DNA of 64,000 nucleotides from a virus (Duplodnaviria; Heunggongvirae; Uroviricota; Caudoviricetes): IMG/VR virus record IMGVR_UViG_2713896905_000004, positions 1 to 64,000 of that record; one strand, 5' to 3'. Shown piece by piece: positions 21,685 to 34,700 of this stretch (position 1 is its first letter; each line of letters starts with the position of its first letter). The notes under the pieces were generated by a model. It saw only the letters and a program-made list of their open reading frames with translations, ran no database searches and was not told where the DNA came from. The position numbers and the translations under genes were made by a program.

Positions 21685-21708
21685 TCCCGCCAATTGGCGG
21701 GATTTTTA
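21685..21708. terminator. bidirectional terminator hairpin (AAATCCCGCC-AATT-GGCGGGATTT)
   Basis: Perfect 10-bp inverted repeat followed by T-run, between convergent operons. Confidence 0.55.
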
Positions 21709-21710
21709 CC

Positions 21711-22805
21711 TCACGAGAAACTCTTTTCTGATGTCAGCCAACAGTGCTCGTGCATATCTCTTGGTGGTTTTTCGACAAATGCCTCTTCAGCCACATCCCG
21801 CCAGGGAATTTGTTTAGCCCATTCAGCTATAGCGTTATGGTTTGCTGAGAATAACGGTATTGTATAGGTTTTCAGCCAGGTTAATGTGCTGGAGTTGTGC
21901 TTTTTGGCGTGATGTTCCGCATGATGTTTGGCGATCACGAGCGTAGGCACTACCCATTTACTACCGTCAGTCATTGTGAAGTGCATATTACGGGGCACAG
22001 ATGATTTTTCCATCACCTCGCGGACACCGGGAAATTCCCCTTTGATCAATCGGCGATATTTATCGCTATTGCACCCACCAAACTCTTTGGCTTTGTATTC
22101 AAGATATGCTTCAGAAACGAGAGGTGAATCCTCTGTGCTGAGAGTTATAGCCGTGAAAATACCAGCAGGATTGTTCTCACTATGGGCCAACCGGTGATGC
22201 GAATCATAAAAATACCCTTTCTCTCGTTCCGATGGTTTCGACAGCAACAGCAGGCGCGAATCATAACCGGTCAAATTGCCTGTTATCACAGCATGAGCGC
22301 GGTCGCTGATTTCTGCCGCGTTAATAACGATGAAAAGATCATGCGGCCCAGTAAAACCAGCCAGAGATTCTTCGTTATTCAGACAATAGTTTAAATATAC
22401 ACATCCCCATGCTTCACTGATATGTACCAACCCTTTTTCAGGGTGCAGTTTGAAATGATTGCCAAGAAAAGGGTGTTTCTTGATAACCTGCGCCCAATAA
22501 CAGCACATATAGTCAATTATATTGTTTCGACTATCGTTAATAACAGGAGAAACAACCACGGTACGGGAACACGAATACAGTATTGTTTGCAGGATGCTAA
22601 TCACTGCCACAACAGAGGTTTCACCAATACCATGCGGTGTGGTGGCAGTGACTTTGGCTCCTGTGTTCTTTATCGCGTTAATAATTTTTGCCTGATGAGG
22701 TGTTAACTCAATATCAAGCAACTCTTTTGCTGCCAGTTCCCAATTGTCTTTATACCGTTCTATCAGTGCTAACCAGGCAGATTCATTCTGTATACGATTA
22801 ATCAC
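21711..22805 (-). CDS. PacB (large terminase) N-terminal ATPase-domain paralogue with degenerate Walker A/B, lacking the C-terminal domain
   Basis: Aligns by eye to the window's own pacB: '[59 protein letters not shown]' vs 'SLAGFTGPHDLFIVINAAEISDRAHAVITGNLTGYDSRLLLLSKPSEREKGYFYDSHHRL'; Walker A GHGTGKS replaced by PHGIGET. Confidence 0.7.
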   Translation of the reverse strand: MINRIQNESAWLALIERYKDNWELAAKELLDIELTPHQAKIINAIKNTGAKVTATTPHGIGETSVVAVISILQTILYSCSRTVVVSPVINDSRNNIIDYMCCYWAQVIKKHPFLGNHFKLHPEKGLVHISEAWGCVYLNYCLNNEESLAGFTGPHDLFIVINAAEISDRAHAVITGNLTGYDSRLLLLSKPSEREKGYFYDSHHRLAHSENNPAGIFTAITLSTEDSPLVSEAYLEYKAKEFGGCNSDKYRRLIKGEFPGVREVMEKSSVPRNMHFTMTDGSKWVVPTLVIAKHHAEHHAKKHNSSTLTWLKTYTIPLFSANHNAIAEWAKQIPWRDVAEEAFVEKPPRDMHEHCWLTSEKSFS

Positions 22806-23586
22806 TTTCCACCTCTTCCGTAGTGTTTTCTTGCAGTTCTGTTAATGCAGCACGACACAGGGTCCGGGCATTGGCTATAGCCACACTTTTGACTTCATCC
22901 GTCATCGTGCAGGTAATGTACTGATCGAGTTCTTCAGCACGGATGATGCTTTTCCCAATCATAAACTCTATTTGCCAGAACAGATCGGCATCCATCGTCA
23001 GTATTTCAGCCTGGCCTTCTGGGCCTGCGGGGAAGCAAACATAAGACTGTTTGCCCAGGCCGATAACTCGACAACTTGCTTCAAGAATTGCGCGCTTGAG
23101 GTCTGACTTTGTAACGGAAACAGGTTGATTTTCACCAGTGATTACGCCGTTGACATGGAAGTGGAAGGGCATGTAGCTTGAAATTCGCTCTACTTTCCAT
23201 ACGCCAGCAAGCGATCCTTCATGCAGCACAATGGGGGTAACCGCGAGTTTCATCTCACCATATAACTGCTGGCAGATAGCTGGATTGCTGAATACATCCA
23301 AAGGCTCACATTCAAACAGCGGCGCAATCTGCATGAGGTCCATCATGGTCATCCCTGGGGTACGAGCAGTAATGAATTTGCGCATGCCAGTATCCATTGT
23401 TCGCCAGATAGCCACACCATGTTTTTTGCTCACTTCTTCAGTAAAGCCAAGGTGGCACATGATGGTCTTTTCGATAGCCAGATCGGAGATAGAAACCTTT
23501 TCTCCAGGTACACCATCATTATTGATGGTCACTTCGACGTTCTGGCCATTACGCAGGCGGTATTGAATTGCTTTAGTATTTTCCAC
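22798..23586 (-). CDS. hypothetical protein (262 aa)
   Basis: ORF in ssb operon, start overlaps downstream paralogue gene; no recognised motif. Confidence 0.5.
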   Translation of the reverse strand: MENTKAIQYRLRNGQNVEVTINNDGVPGEKVSISDLAIEKTIMCHLGFTEEVSKKHGVAIWRTMDTGMRKFITARTPGMTMMDLMQIAPLFECEPLDVFSNPAICQQLYGEMKLAVTPIVLHEGSLAGVWKVERISSYMPFHFHVNGVITGENQPVSVTKSDLKRAILEASCRVIGLGKQSYVCFPAGPEGQAEILTMDADLFWQIEFMIGKSIIRAEELDQYITCTMTDEVKSVAIANARTLCRAALTELQENTTEEVESD

Positions 23587-23592
23587 GTTAAA

Positions 23593-24294
23593 TTACTCCA
23601 CTACAAACCAGTCACATGCCAGCAGGTCACCTACAGAAGGCATCCATGGAACAACTACACCTTGTGCATTTTTCAAAACGAAATGCGCACCATAAGGAGC
23701 AAGAGGAGAGTCGAAATTGATTTCAAGCTCTCCGTTTGCGGCATGTTTTATAGGGGTTAGTCTTGAAGCACCCTGTTTGTCAGGAACCAGCCAGCAGAAT
23801 TGGTTTTCGCCGTTCCACCCGCGTCGAGCAACTTTCTTGCCATCCTTCAGCCACATCAGCGCGTCAGAGAAGTCGGCTGCTTCAAGGTCGATTTCTTCTT
23901 GCTGAGTAGTGATGCCACCAGCAGAGATAGTTACTCTCCCTGTAAGATTAGTTATCACGCCGTTGTCATCCGTAATGATGACCGTGGTTCCATTTTCGGA
24001 GGCGTCGTTAACCAGGCCGTAGCGTTCCTCAAATGGTTTCTCCGGGGCATAGAACAGATAACCGTTTTCATAAACGATCAGATACCCGCCAGTTTTTGGT
24101 CGGTGTTTTTGTAAAAACATTGCGTCAACACAAACTGTTGCCCCTTTTGGTTCAACGAGTTCGATGCAGCCCCAAAGTGGGGCATCAGTTACTCCGAAAA
24201 TAACAACATTTTTAATTTTCGATGCACTAACGTTTTTGTGAGCTTTGTATTTGGGAAGGAACTTAAAAAGCTCTTTCGTTGTCATGTTATTCAT
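23593..24294 (-). CDS. two-domain protein with C-terminal DUF2829 (Tad2-like) domain (233 aa)
   Basis: C-terminal 'FSDALMWLKDGKKVARRGWNGENQFCWLVP...GVVVPWMPSVGDLLACDWFVVE' matches the DUF2829/MW1434-like pattern (GKKV.R.GWNG ... PW.PS..DLLA.DW.V.E). Confidence 0.55.
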   Translation of the reverse strand: MNNMTTKELFKFLPKYKAHKNVSASKIKNVVIFGVTDAPLWGCIELVEPKGATVCVDAMFLQKHRPKTGGYLIVYENGYLFYAPEKPFEERYGLVNDASENGTTVIITDDNGVITNLTGRVTISAGGITTQQEEIDLEAADFSDALMWLKDGKKVARRGWNGENQFCWLVPDKQGASRLTPIKHAANGELEINFDSPLAPYGAHFVLKNAQGVVVPWMPSVGDLLACDWFVVE

Positions 24295-24308
24295 AGTCTT
24301 TTCTCTGC

Positions 24309-24491
24309 TTAAAAGCTGATGTATTGCGCCTTCAGGTGGGGCAAGAATGTTTTCCCACCAGCGAAAGCAATATCTCGGGGTGTTCTATTCGTTAAAAGCG
24401 CGTGCCATTGCCAACTTTGGCGTTTTTTAGCGAGTTCGTGCTTTTGTTGGCGTCTGGACCACCGCTTTTCTTTCAGTCGTTTTTTACTCAT
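24309..24491 (-). CDS. small highly basic protein (60 aa), uncertain
   Basis: ORF starting one base after the ssb stop on the same strand; Lys/Arg-rich; could be non-coding. Confidence 0.3.
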   Translation of the reverse strand: MSKKRLKEKRWSRRQQKHELAKKRQSWQWHALLTNRTPRDIAFAGGKTFLPHLKAQYISF

Positions 24492-24980
24492 TCAAAACGG
24501 AATATCGTCATCAAAGTCCATTGGAGGTTCGTTATTGGCGTTGCTCTGAGGTTTACCGCCACCGCTGTATTGCTGGTGGTTTTGAGGTTGGTTCGATTGC
24601 CCCCAGCCATTTGAGGACTGTGAATCGTCACGGCGAGCGCCGATCATTTGCATGGTGCCGCCCTGGCTGACGATAATTTCCGTCGTGTAACGTTCTACAC
24701 CGGCGTCATCTGTCCACTTACGGGTTTTAAGTTTCCCTTCGATGTAGACCTGAGAACCTTTTCGTAAATACTCACTCGCAATTTCAGCAAGTTTTCCGAA
24801 CAAAACGACTTTATGCCATTCTGTTTGCTCTTTCTGTTGGCCTGTTTGCTTGTCGCGCCATGATTCATTCGTTGCGATGCTGAGTCTTCCGACTGCGCCG
24901 CCATTTGGTATATACCTGATCTCCGGGTCTTGCCCCAGGGTACCAATCAGGATGACTTTGTTTACACCGCGTTGTGCCAC
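24492..24980 (-). CDS. ssb: single-stranded DNA-binding protein
   Basis: Canonical SSB OB-fold sequence '[16 protein letters not shown]...' and acidic tail 'DFDDDIPF'. Confidence 0.95.
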   Translation of the reverse strand: MAQRGVNKVILIGTLGQDPEIRYIPNGGAVGRLSIATNESWRDKQTGQQKEQTEWHKVVLFGKLAEIASEYLRKGSQVYIEGKLKTRKWTDDAGVERYTTEIIVSQGGTMQMIGARRDDSQSSNGWGQSNQPQNHQQYSGGGKPQSNANNEPPMDFDDDIPF

Positions 24981-24999
24981 TTATCTTACCTAATAAAAT

Positions 25000-25016
25000 A
25001 AATTAATTAGAGCAAT
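25000..25016. promoter_or_regulatory. C1 repressor operator-like 17-mer (reverse orientation ATTGCTCTAATTAATTT)
   Basis: Matches P1 C1 operator consensus ATTGCTCTAATAAATTT at 16/17; located in divergent ssb/lyz intergenic region. Confidence 0.6.
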
Positions 25017-25149
25017 AATGTATATCTTTGAAACGTAGCTAACAAGTGATTTGCATTATCCTGTGCCTTCTAAAGGGATCGAGTCAGTCGGTATTGGCTG
25101 TGAATGGGTGTTTGTCCTGGAGCGTAAAAAATTCGCTTATGAGGTCTTT

Positions 25150-25707
25150 ATGAAGGGAAAAACAGCCGCAGGAGGCGGTGCAATTTGCGCTATCGCGGTG
25201 ATGATTACCATCGTGATGGGGAATGGCAATGTGCGAACCAACCAGGCGGGGCTTGAGCTTATCGGAAACGCTGAAGGTTGCCGACGTGATCCATACATGT
25301 GCCCGGCGGGTGTATGGACTGACGGGATTGGTAATACACACGGGGTAACGCCAGGCGTGCGAAAAACCGACCAGCAAATCGCCGCTGATTGGGAAAAGAA
25401 TATCCTGTTCGCTGAACGCTGTATTAACCAGCACTTTCGGGGTAAAGACATGCCCGATAATGCCTTCAGCGCAATGACAAGCGCGGCATTCAATATGGGA
25501 TGCAATAGTTTACGGACCTACTACAGCAAAGCGCGAGGCATGCGAGTCGAAACCTCCATCCACAAGTGGGCGCAGAAAGGGGAATGGGTGAATATGTGTA
25601 ACCATCTCCCTGATTTCGTGAACAGTAACGGCGTCCCCCTGCCCGGATTAAAGATTCGCCGTGAAAAAGAACGCCAGCTTTGCCTGACGGGGCTGGTCAA
25701 TGAATAA
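25150..25707 (+). CDS. lyz: SAR endolysin (T4-lysozyme-like muramidase with N-terminal signal-arrest-release segment)
   Basis: 'MKGKTAAGGGAICAIAVMITIVMGNGNVRT' Gly/Ala-rich SAR domain then lysozyme core; GAGGT RBS before ATG 25150; matches P1 Lyz (185 aa). Confidence 0.85.
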   Translation: MKGKTAAGGGAICAIAVMITIVMGNGNVRTNQAGLELIGNAEGCRRDPYMCPAGVWTDGIGNTHGVTPGVRKTDQQIAADWEKNILFAERCINQHFRGKDMPDNAFSAMTSAAFNMGCNSLRTYYSKARGMRVETSIHKWAQKGEWVNMCNHLPDFVNSNGVPLPGLKIRREKERQLCLTGLVNE

Positions 25708-25954
25708 ACTCCGGCAGCTCCGCCGACTTTCGACAATGAAGTTATCGCTGGCGGCGATAGTTTTCGACTCGATTTTCATGGCGGTATATGTGCTCAATGA
25801 GACGTGGCCACTGGAACCGCTATTATATGCCGGGCTTCGGCTGTGCCTGACATTTTTGAGCATGGCTGCAAGATTGATGCAGCAGAAAGAAACCGCTTCA
25901 GATTGCCCACGTCGCGCGGTGCGCAAATATATGGCACGCAGGCGAAGGCGATAA
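25700..25954 (+). CDS. small membrane protein overlapping lyz 3' end (84 aa), possible lysis accessory
   Basis: Two hydrophobic helices and Arg-rich C-terminus 'RKYMARRRRR'; ATG overlaps lyz stop. Confidence 0.35.
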   Translation: MNKLRQLRRLSTMKLSLAAIVFDSIFMAVYVLNETWPLEPLLYAGLRLCLTFLSMAARLMQQKETASDCPRRAVRKYMARRRRR

Positions 25955-25998
25955 TAGTTAACGAGAACCCCGGCAGCCGCCGGGGTTATTTTTGGTGG

Positions 25999-28729
<2,731 letters not shown>

Positions 28730-28795
28730 TTAATTAGAATAATTCGCATCGTGTTTGAACGGAATTTAACACTAGTCACTTGTTAAGGATTACCA

Positions 28796-31700
28796 ATGAA
28801 CAAGCTATCTATGGGGGTGTTTCGCTGTTCAAGCATCAGCGAAATATTTAAATATATTAGGGCAATAACATCTCATCGTGCGCCGATTAGATACGGCGTG
28901 GAAAAGGTGGAAGGCAAAAGCTATGACCGACTGCGCCGGGAGGCGAATCAGAAGGCGATAGATTTGCTTAATTCACTGGTGGACGGCGCGACACTGACAG
29001 ATGAACAGCGCCAGATCCTGGCTGGGTACACCGGTGAAGGCGGCATTGGCGGGTCCGTCTCCGAATATTACACACCAAAGCCGATCGCTGAAGGTGTCTG
29101 GGAGATCATGAAGCTCTACGGCGCGGACGTAGGTAACACTCTGGAACCATCGGCGGGAACCGGCGTTTTTAATGAGACAAAACCGGTTGGTACGGTGATG
29201 ACCGCGACTGAGATCAGCAGTGTTTCCGGTCGTATAAACCAGCTGTTACACCCGGAAGACAGCGTACAGATTTCCCCGTTCGAACAGCTGGCTGTAAGCA
29301 CGCCTAACGATTCATTCGACCATGTTGTGGGTAACGTTCCGTTCGGTGGTCGTGATAACACACGCAACATCGATAAGCCTTACGCAGAAGAAACGGACAT
29401 GGGTTCTTACTTCATGCTCCGCATGCTGGACAAGATAAAGCCAGGCGGATTCATGTGCGTGATTGTGCCGCCGTCCATTGTTTCAGGTTCAAACATGAAG
29501 CGGTTACGCCTGCGCCTATCACGGAAAGCTGAATTTCTTGGTGCCCACCGCTTGCCTACCGGTACTTTTGACGCAAACGGGACCAGTACGGTCGTAGATG
29601 TGGTGCTGATGCGCAAACATCCGGCAGAGATGGCTGAGAAAATCCCCCTGGTGGATGAAAGCACTCTTGAATCGGCAAATGTGCTTTGGCCAACGTTTAT
29701 TTCTGGCAAGTGGTTTGAAAAGGATGGCCGCCGGTTTGTTCATGGCACCCAGGAAAAGGGCTTCCAGGGGCGTATTGAGGTTCGTGCCGACGGTCAGATT
29801 GATAACCAGGCTCTTAAAGCGAAGCTGATTCATCGTTTCGAAAGCCGTATCGACTGGTCTTTGCTCGATATGGCTGAACCGTCACCGACAGCAGACGTTG
29901 TTGGTGAAGGGGAAATGCGCCTGATTAATGGCGTATGGCAAAAATATGCTGGTGGTCGCTGGATTGAAGCTGATGCCGGGAAGGAACTTAAGATCGATGC
30001 TGCCAGTTATGGCGCGGATAGCTGGGAGGCTCTTCAGCGTAACCTGACTACAACAGAAGGCCGTCTCGGCATGACATTTACCCAGATTGCAAATGTCCGC
30101 GATAAGTACACCACATCAATCAGCGACGATATGGTGCAACTGGTGGACTGGATTAACAGCCAGCCTGAAAAATACCGTGAACGCTTGTATCGCGGGGCGA
30201 TGATTGGCCGGATGTTAATTGAATATCAGGATATGAAGGCCGCCGGGCATAGTGCTGAACAAATCGAACAGCAGCGCCTTTCTCTGGTATCCCGTTTGCA
30301 GGCAGAGATTGACCGCTTTGGTAATCCTGGTCGCGGTCCTATAGCGAAATTGTCGGGGAGCGGTGCGCGCGCCTGGTTTGCTTTCCGTGGTGCGATTAAG
30401 CTGGATGGCACTATTTCTGACGAACTGACAGGAAAACTGGTTACGCATGATTCCAGCGCCAGTTATGACTCCACCAGCTATCAGGACACCCTGCGTTATC
30501 TCTATAGCGATCTTACCCGCGATCCAATCCAGCTCGATGACTTCCGCCTTGCGTTTACCGGCGAACTGCCAGCCAGTGATGACGAGTTGCTTAATTTATT
30601 GGCCAGCACCCCTGGCATTGCGGTTTCACCGTATGGCGGGATTGTTCCGTTTGCCCGCGCCACCAGCGGCGACATTAACGAGATAGTGACTCCAAAACAG
30701 GAATTCCTCGCCACGCTCCCCGACGGTCCAGTAAAGAACAACGTCCTTAATCAGCTGGCAGCGATCGAAGAGAAGCGCATCAAGACGCCAGCAGAGAATA
30801 TCCGGTTTAAGCTCAATAGCCGTTGGTTCGACCGTTCCGTCATTCTGGAATTTTTGCAGGAAAACGGCTATCCGGATCTGCGCTATGTGCAGTCAGTGCA
30901 GTTGGAAGGCGACGAAATGGTTTCTGACACCTATCACGGTGGTGATGGCCTGTTCGTCGGGCACCGATACGGTGTCGTCCAGCGCAAGGATAAAGAAACA
31001 GGCGAGATCCGCTACGAGTGGGACCGTAAATCAGGAGAAAACGCGACCGGGTTCCCGGCACAGCTGGAAAAGTATCTCAATGGTGCGCGTATCGGTGGCA
31101 AAGATAGCGCGACGGCGAACGGCTACCGCGAGCAGATGGCACTGCTTGAGGACCAGTTCAATAAGTGGATCAAGACGCACGATCGCTACGATGAACTGGT
31201 TGCCAAATACAACGATGTTTTCAATAGCAATATTCCGTATGAACACTCTGGCGATCCGCTTGGGTTGAAGGGATTAAGCGGTAAGCGCCAGCCATTTGAT
31301 TACCAGAATAGCGAGGTGCGCCGACTGTCAGAAGATGGGCGCGGCATCCTGGGTTTCGGCACAGGGCTGGGTAAAACCACGACCGCGCTGGCGCTTGAGG
31401 CGTTCAACTATGAGAACGGTCGCTCCACCCGTACTGCGTATGTAGTGCCTAAATCAGTGCTGGAAAACTGGTATTACGAAGCAAAAGAATTCCTGAGTGA
31501 AGAGGCATTCAGTAACTACCTGTTCGTCGGTCTTGATGTGCTGATGGATGGCGATCAGATTCGCCAGGTGCCGGTGCTCGATGAGAACGGTAAACCAGTT
31601 CTTGGTACTGATGGCACTCCAGTTATGCGCGATGCTCTTAAGCTGGCAGATGAAGCCACTATCACGGCGCGGATGAACGCGATCCCGCACTCAAATTACC

Positions 31701-34700
31701 GTGCAGTCGTGTTTACCAAAGAACAATACGCCCGCATTCCGCTACGTGATGACACCGTAGATGAGCATGCACAGGATATGCTTTATGACTTCGTTGCCGC
31801 CGGACGCGTAGCCAGCGCAATGGACTCCGACTCCCACCGCAAAGAGGCCGCGCGTCGCCGGGTATTGTCGGAGTATTCAGATACCGGCACCGAAAAAGCA
31901 GAGAAGTATCCGTACTTTGAGGATATGGGCTTCGATAGTGTGATCGCTGACGAAGGTCACAACTACCGCAATAGCTATAAAAATGGTCGCGAAGCGTCAC
32001 AACTGGCCTATCTGCCCACCAGCGCGGTGGCGCAATCGGCGCGAGATATGGCAATTAAAAACGCGTACCTGATGAAAAAGAATGGTGGGCGCGGGCCGGT
32101 TCTCCTGACTGCAACGCCAGTCGTTAACACCCCGATCGATGCATACAACATGCTTTCTCATGTTCTGCCGAAGGAATACTGGCAGAACATGGGGATCTAC
32201 GGTCCTGATGACTTCGTTAAATTCTTCGGCAAGACCAGGCTGGAAACGGTACAGAAAATTAGCGGTGAAGTTGAAGAAAAAATGGCGCTGGTGGGCTTTG
32301 AAAACCTTGATGCGCTGCGCGGTATATTCCATCGCTGGGTAACGCTTAAAACGGCGGAAGACGTTAAGGATACCGTGGAGATCCCGGAGCTGGACGAACA
32401 CCAGCAGGATGCACCACTTACTGAAGAACAACTGGCGGCGTATGAAGAATTGCGTCAGCAGGCGGAAGCGGCGGCCAAAGCCAACAATGGCGTAACGACC
32501 TCGGTCAATGAAGACGGCGTGATTGAGCACGAGAAAGCCCGTCCGATCTTCTCAATAATCAGGGATATGGACCGCGTATGTACTGACATGGACCTGTACT
32601 ATCGCCGGATCACCTATCGTTTCCTGCCGGAGTACGCCGATGCGGTGCAGCAGCTGGCGGACAGTTTGCCTAAACAAGCCACCAGCGAAGACGACGACAG
32701 TGATGATTCAATCACGCAGCAATCGCAATACTCCCTGATAGATAAGGGCGAGTTTATTCAGTTGCAGGTTCCGGAAGCGTTCGAGCAGGAAGTGAATAAG
32801 CGCCTGGCCAGGTTTGGCATTGACGAACAGACCGTAACTCACCCCGTTACGCCCAAATACGCGAAGCTGATCGCCACGCTGAAGGAGTTTTTCCCGGAAG
32901 GTAAGCAAATCATCTTCACCGATGAAAAAACGCAGCACCAGAAGCTCAAGCGCATTATCTGCAATGCTCTTAACCTTGAACCTTCAAAGGTGGGGATCCT
33001 GAATGCTCAGACGGTTGCCGAGGCAGGTAAAACCGGTCAGAAACTGAAAGCTGTTAAACCGCCGAAAGAGCTACCGGATGAACCAACAGATGCGCAGATA
33101 GCGAAATACAACGAGCAAATGGCTCTGTATGACGCCTATATCGCGCAGCAAAATGAAATGTCGCTGGGCGGGCTGGAAAAGATTGCTGCCGACTTCCAGG
33201 AGGGCCGGACTCCGATCATCATCTGCAACAAAAAGGCAGAGGTGGGTATCAACCTGCATCGAGGAACGACTGACATCCATCATCTGACGTTGCCATGGAC
33301 ACCAGCCAGTATCGCACAGCGTAACGGTCGCGGTGCCCGAGTTGGCTCCAACCGTGCAAGCGTTCGCGTTCACTACTACTGCGGCAAGGGTTCTTTCGAT
33401 GAATACCGACTGAAGACGCTGAAGCGTAAAGCAGGCTGGATATCCGATATCCTCCGTTCAGATAAGTCAGAAATGGAGAACGCCGACGCCAACGATATGA
33501 TCGAAATGCAGATGTATACCGCTAAGGATGATGGCGAACGTCTGGCAATGATGCAGGTTCAAATGGATAAGGCGAAAGCCGCGCAACGCGCTCGCCAGAA
33601 AGAACAGGCTACTATCGACCTTCAGAACTACATCAAGGCGCAGCACGCAGCTGGCGAGGATGTGGAGGTACTTACCGCTGAATTAGAGCGAAGCAAAGCG
33701 GAACTTGAAAAGACCACCGCCGACGTCGCCAAATTCAAACAGGCGGCAATGGCCAAGGCAGCGGATAACGCAGACTGGAAGGCACGATGGGGGAGTGTCC
33801 ATAACGCTGACCGTATGTTGTTAGCTCAGTATCGTGCATCGTTGAAAAGTGCCATTCAACGTAAGACTGATATCTCTCAAGCCATCTCCCGCTATGAGAA
33901 ATTATTGAACCGTACCCAGAAGGCCGCGACGGATATCAAACGCCTGCGCCCGCTGGTGGAGGATGCAATAAATAAAGGAATTCTGGATGTTGATCCTGAC
34001 CTGGTTAACCATGCGAGTGAGTTTCTTGTTATCGGCGATCGCTCATGGCGTGTAGGCCAATACTACGATTGTGCCGGTGATATCGTTCGCATTAAGTCGC
34101 TGGACTTCGACAGCCAGCGCGCAGACGTGGAGATCATCTTTACCTTAAAAGGCACCAAATCGGGTAACTGGGATGTGAAGACGCTGGATAAACAGGTTGA
34201 TGTAACTCCCGATGAAGATGCAGTTATGCAGAAAATCAGTGGCGGCGTCTCCATCGCCGGGATTAATGACATCATTTCCTGTGACGATTTCTACCGTTTC
34301 CAGCAGCGCGGCATGATCAAAATCACTGACTCGTACGGCGTCCAGACTACAGAGTCAGGCTACAGCATTGATTTTGTTGGTACCTATACTGATCCACTGA
34401 AGCATGCTGTTTATCCTGATCGCCGTGACGGCGCGCTGAAGTCGTCAATTGCAAAATGGGTGCTTGGTATGATGTCGGAAGGGAATAACCACCAGGTCCG
34501 TTTGGCCGAAGTGTTCCTGACGGAACTGTTTGGCTCCAATTATGGCGATGTAATCGCGTCATACGGAGATACGCTATCCCCTGAAGCAATTCAGGAGAAA
34601 ATAGCGGATGCGATCGCCAGAATGCCGGAAAAAACAAGCCAGGGGGCTACTCGTAACGGGGATTCTGAACTTGAGGTCACCAATGCCATTTTCGGTACCA

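Noticed and set aside
22798-24491. IS1 or other insertion sequence expected near ssb from the P1 layout
   Set aside because: No transposase-like ORF or terminal inverted repeats seen; the interval encodes two unrelated proteins instead.
25051-25149. Upstream in-frame extension of lyz
   Set aside because: The protein is recognisable from the Met at 25150 (SAR domain start) with a GAGGT RBS; the extension would overlap the operator and promoter region.
28731-28747. Operator-like 'TTAATTAGAATAATTCG' between prt and darB
   Set aside because: Lacks the GCTC core of the C1 operator (AGAAT instead of AGAGCAAT); treated as a chance AT-rich match.
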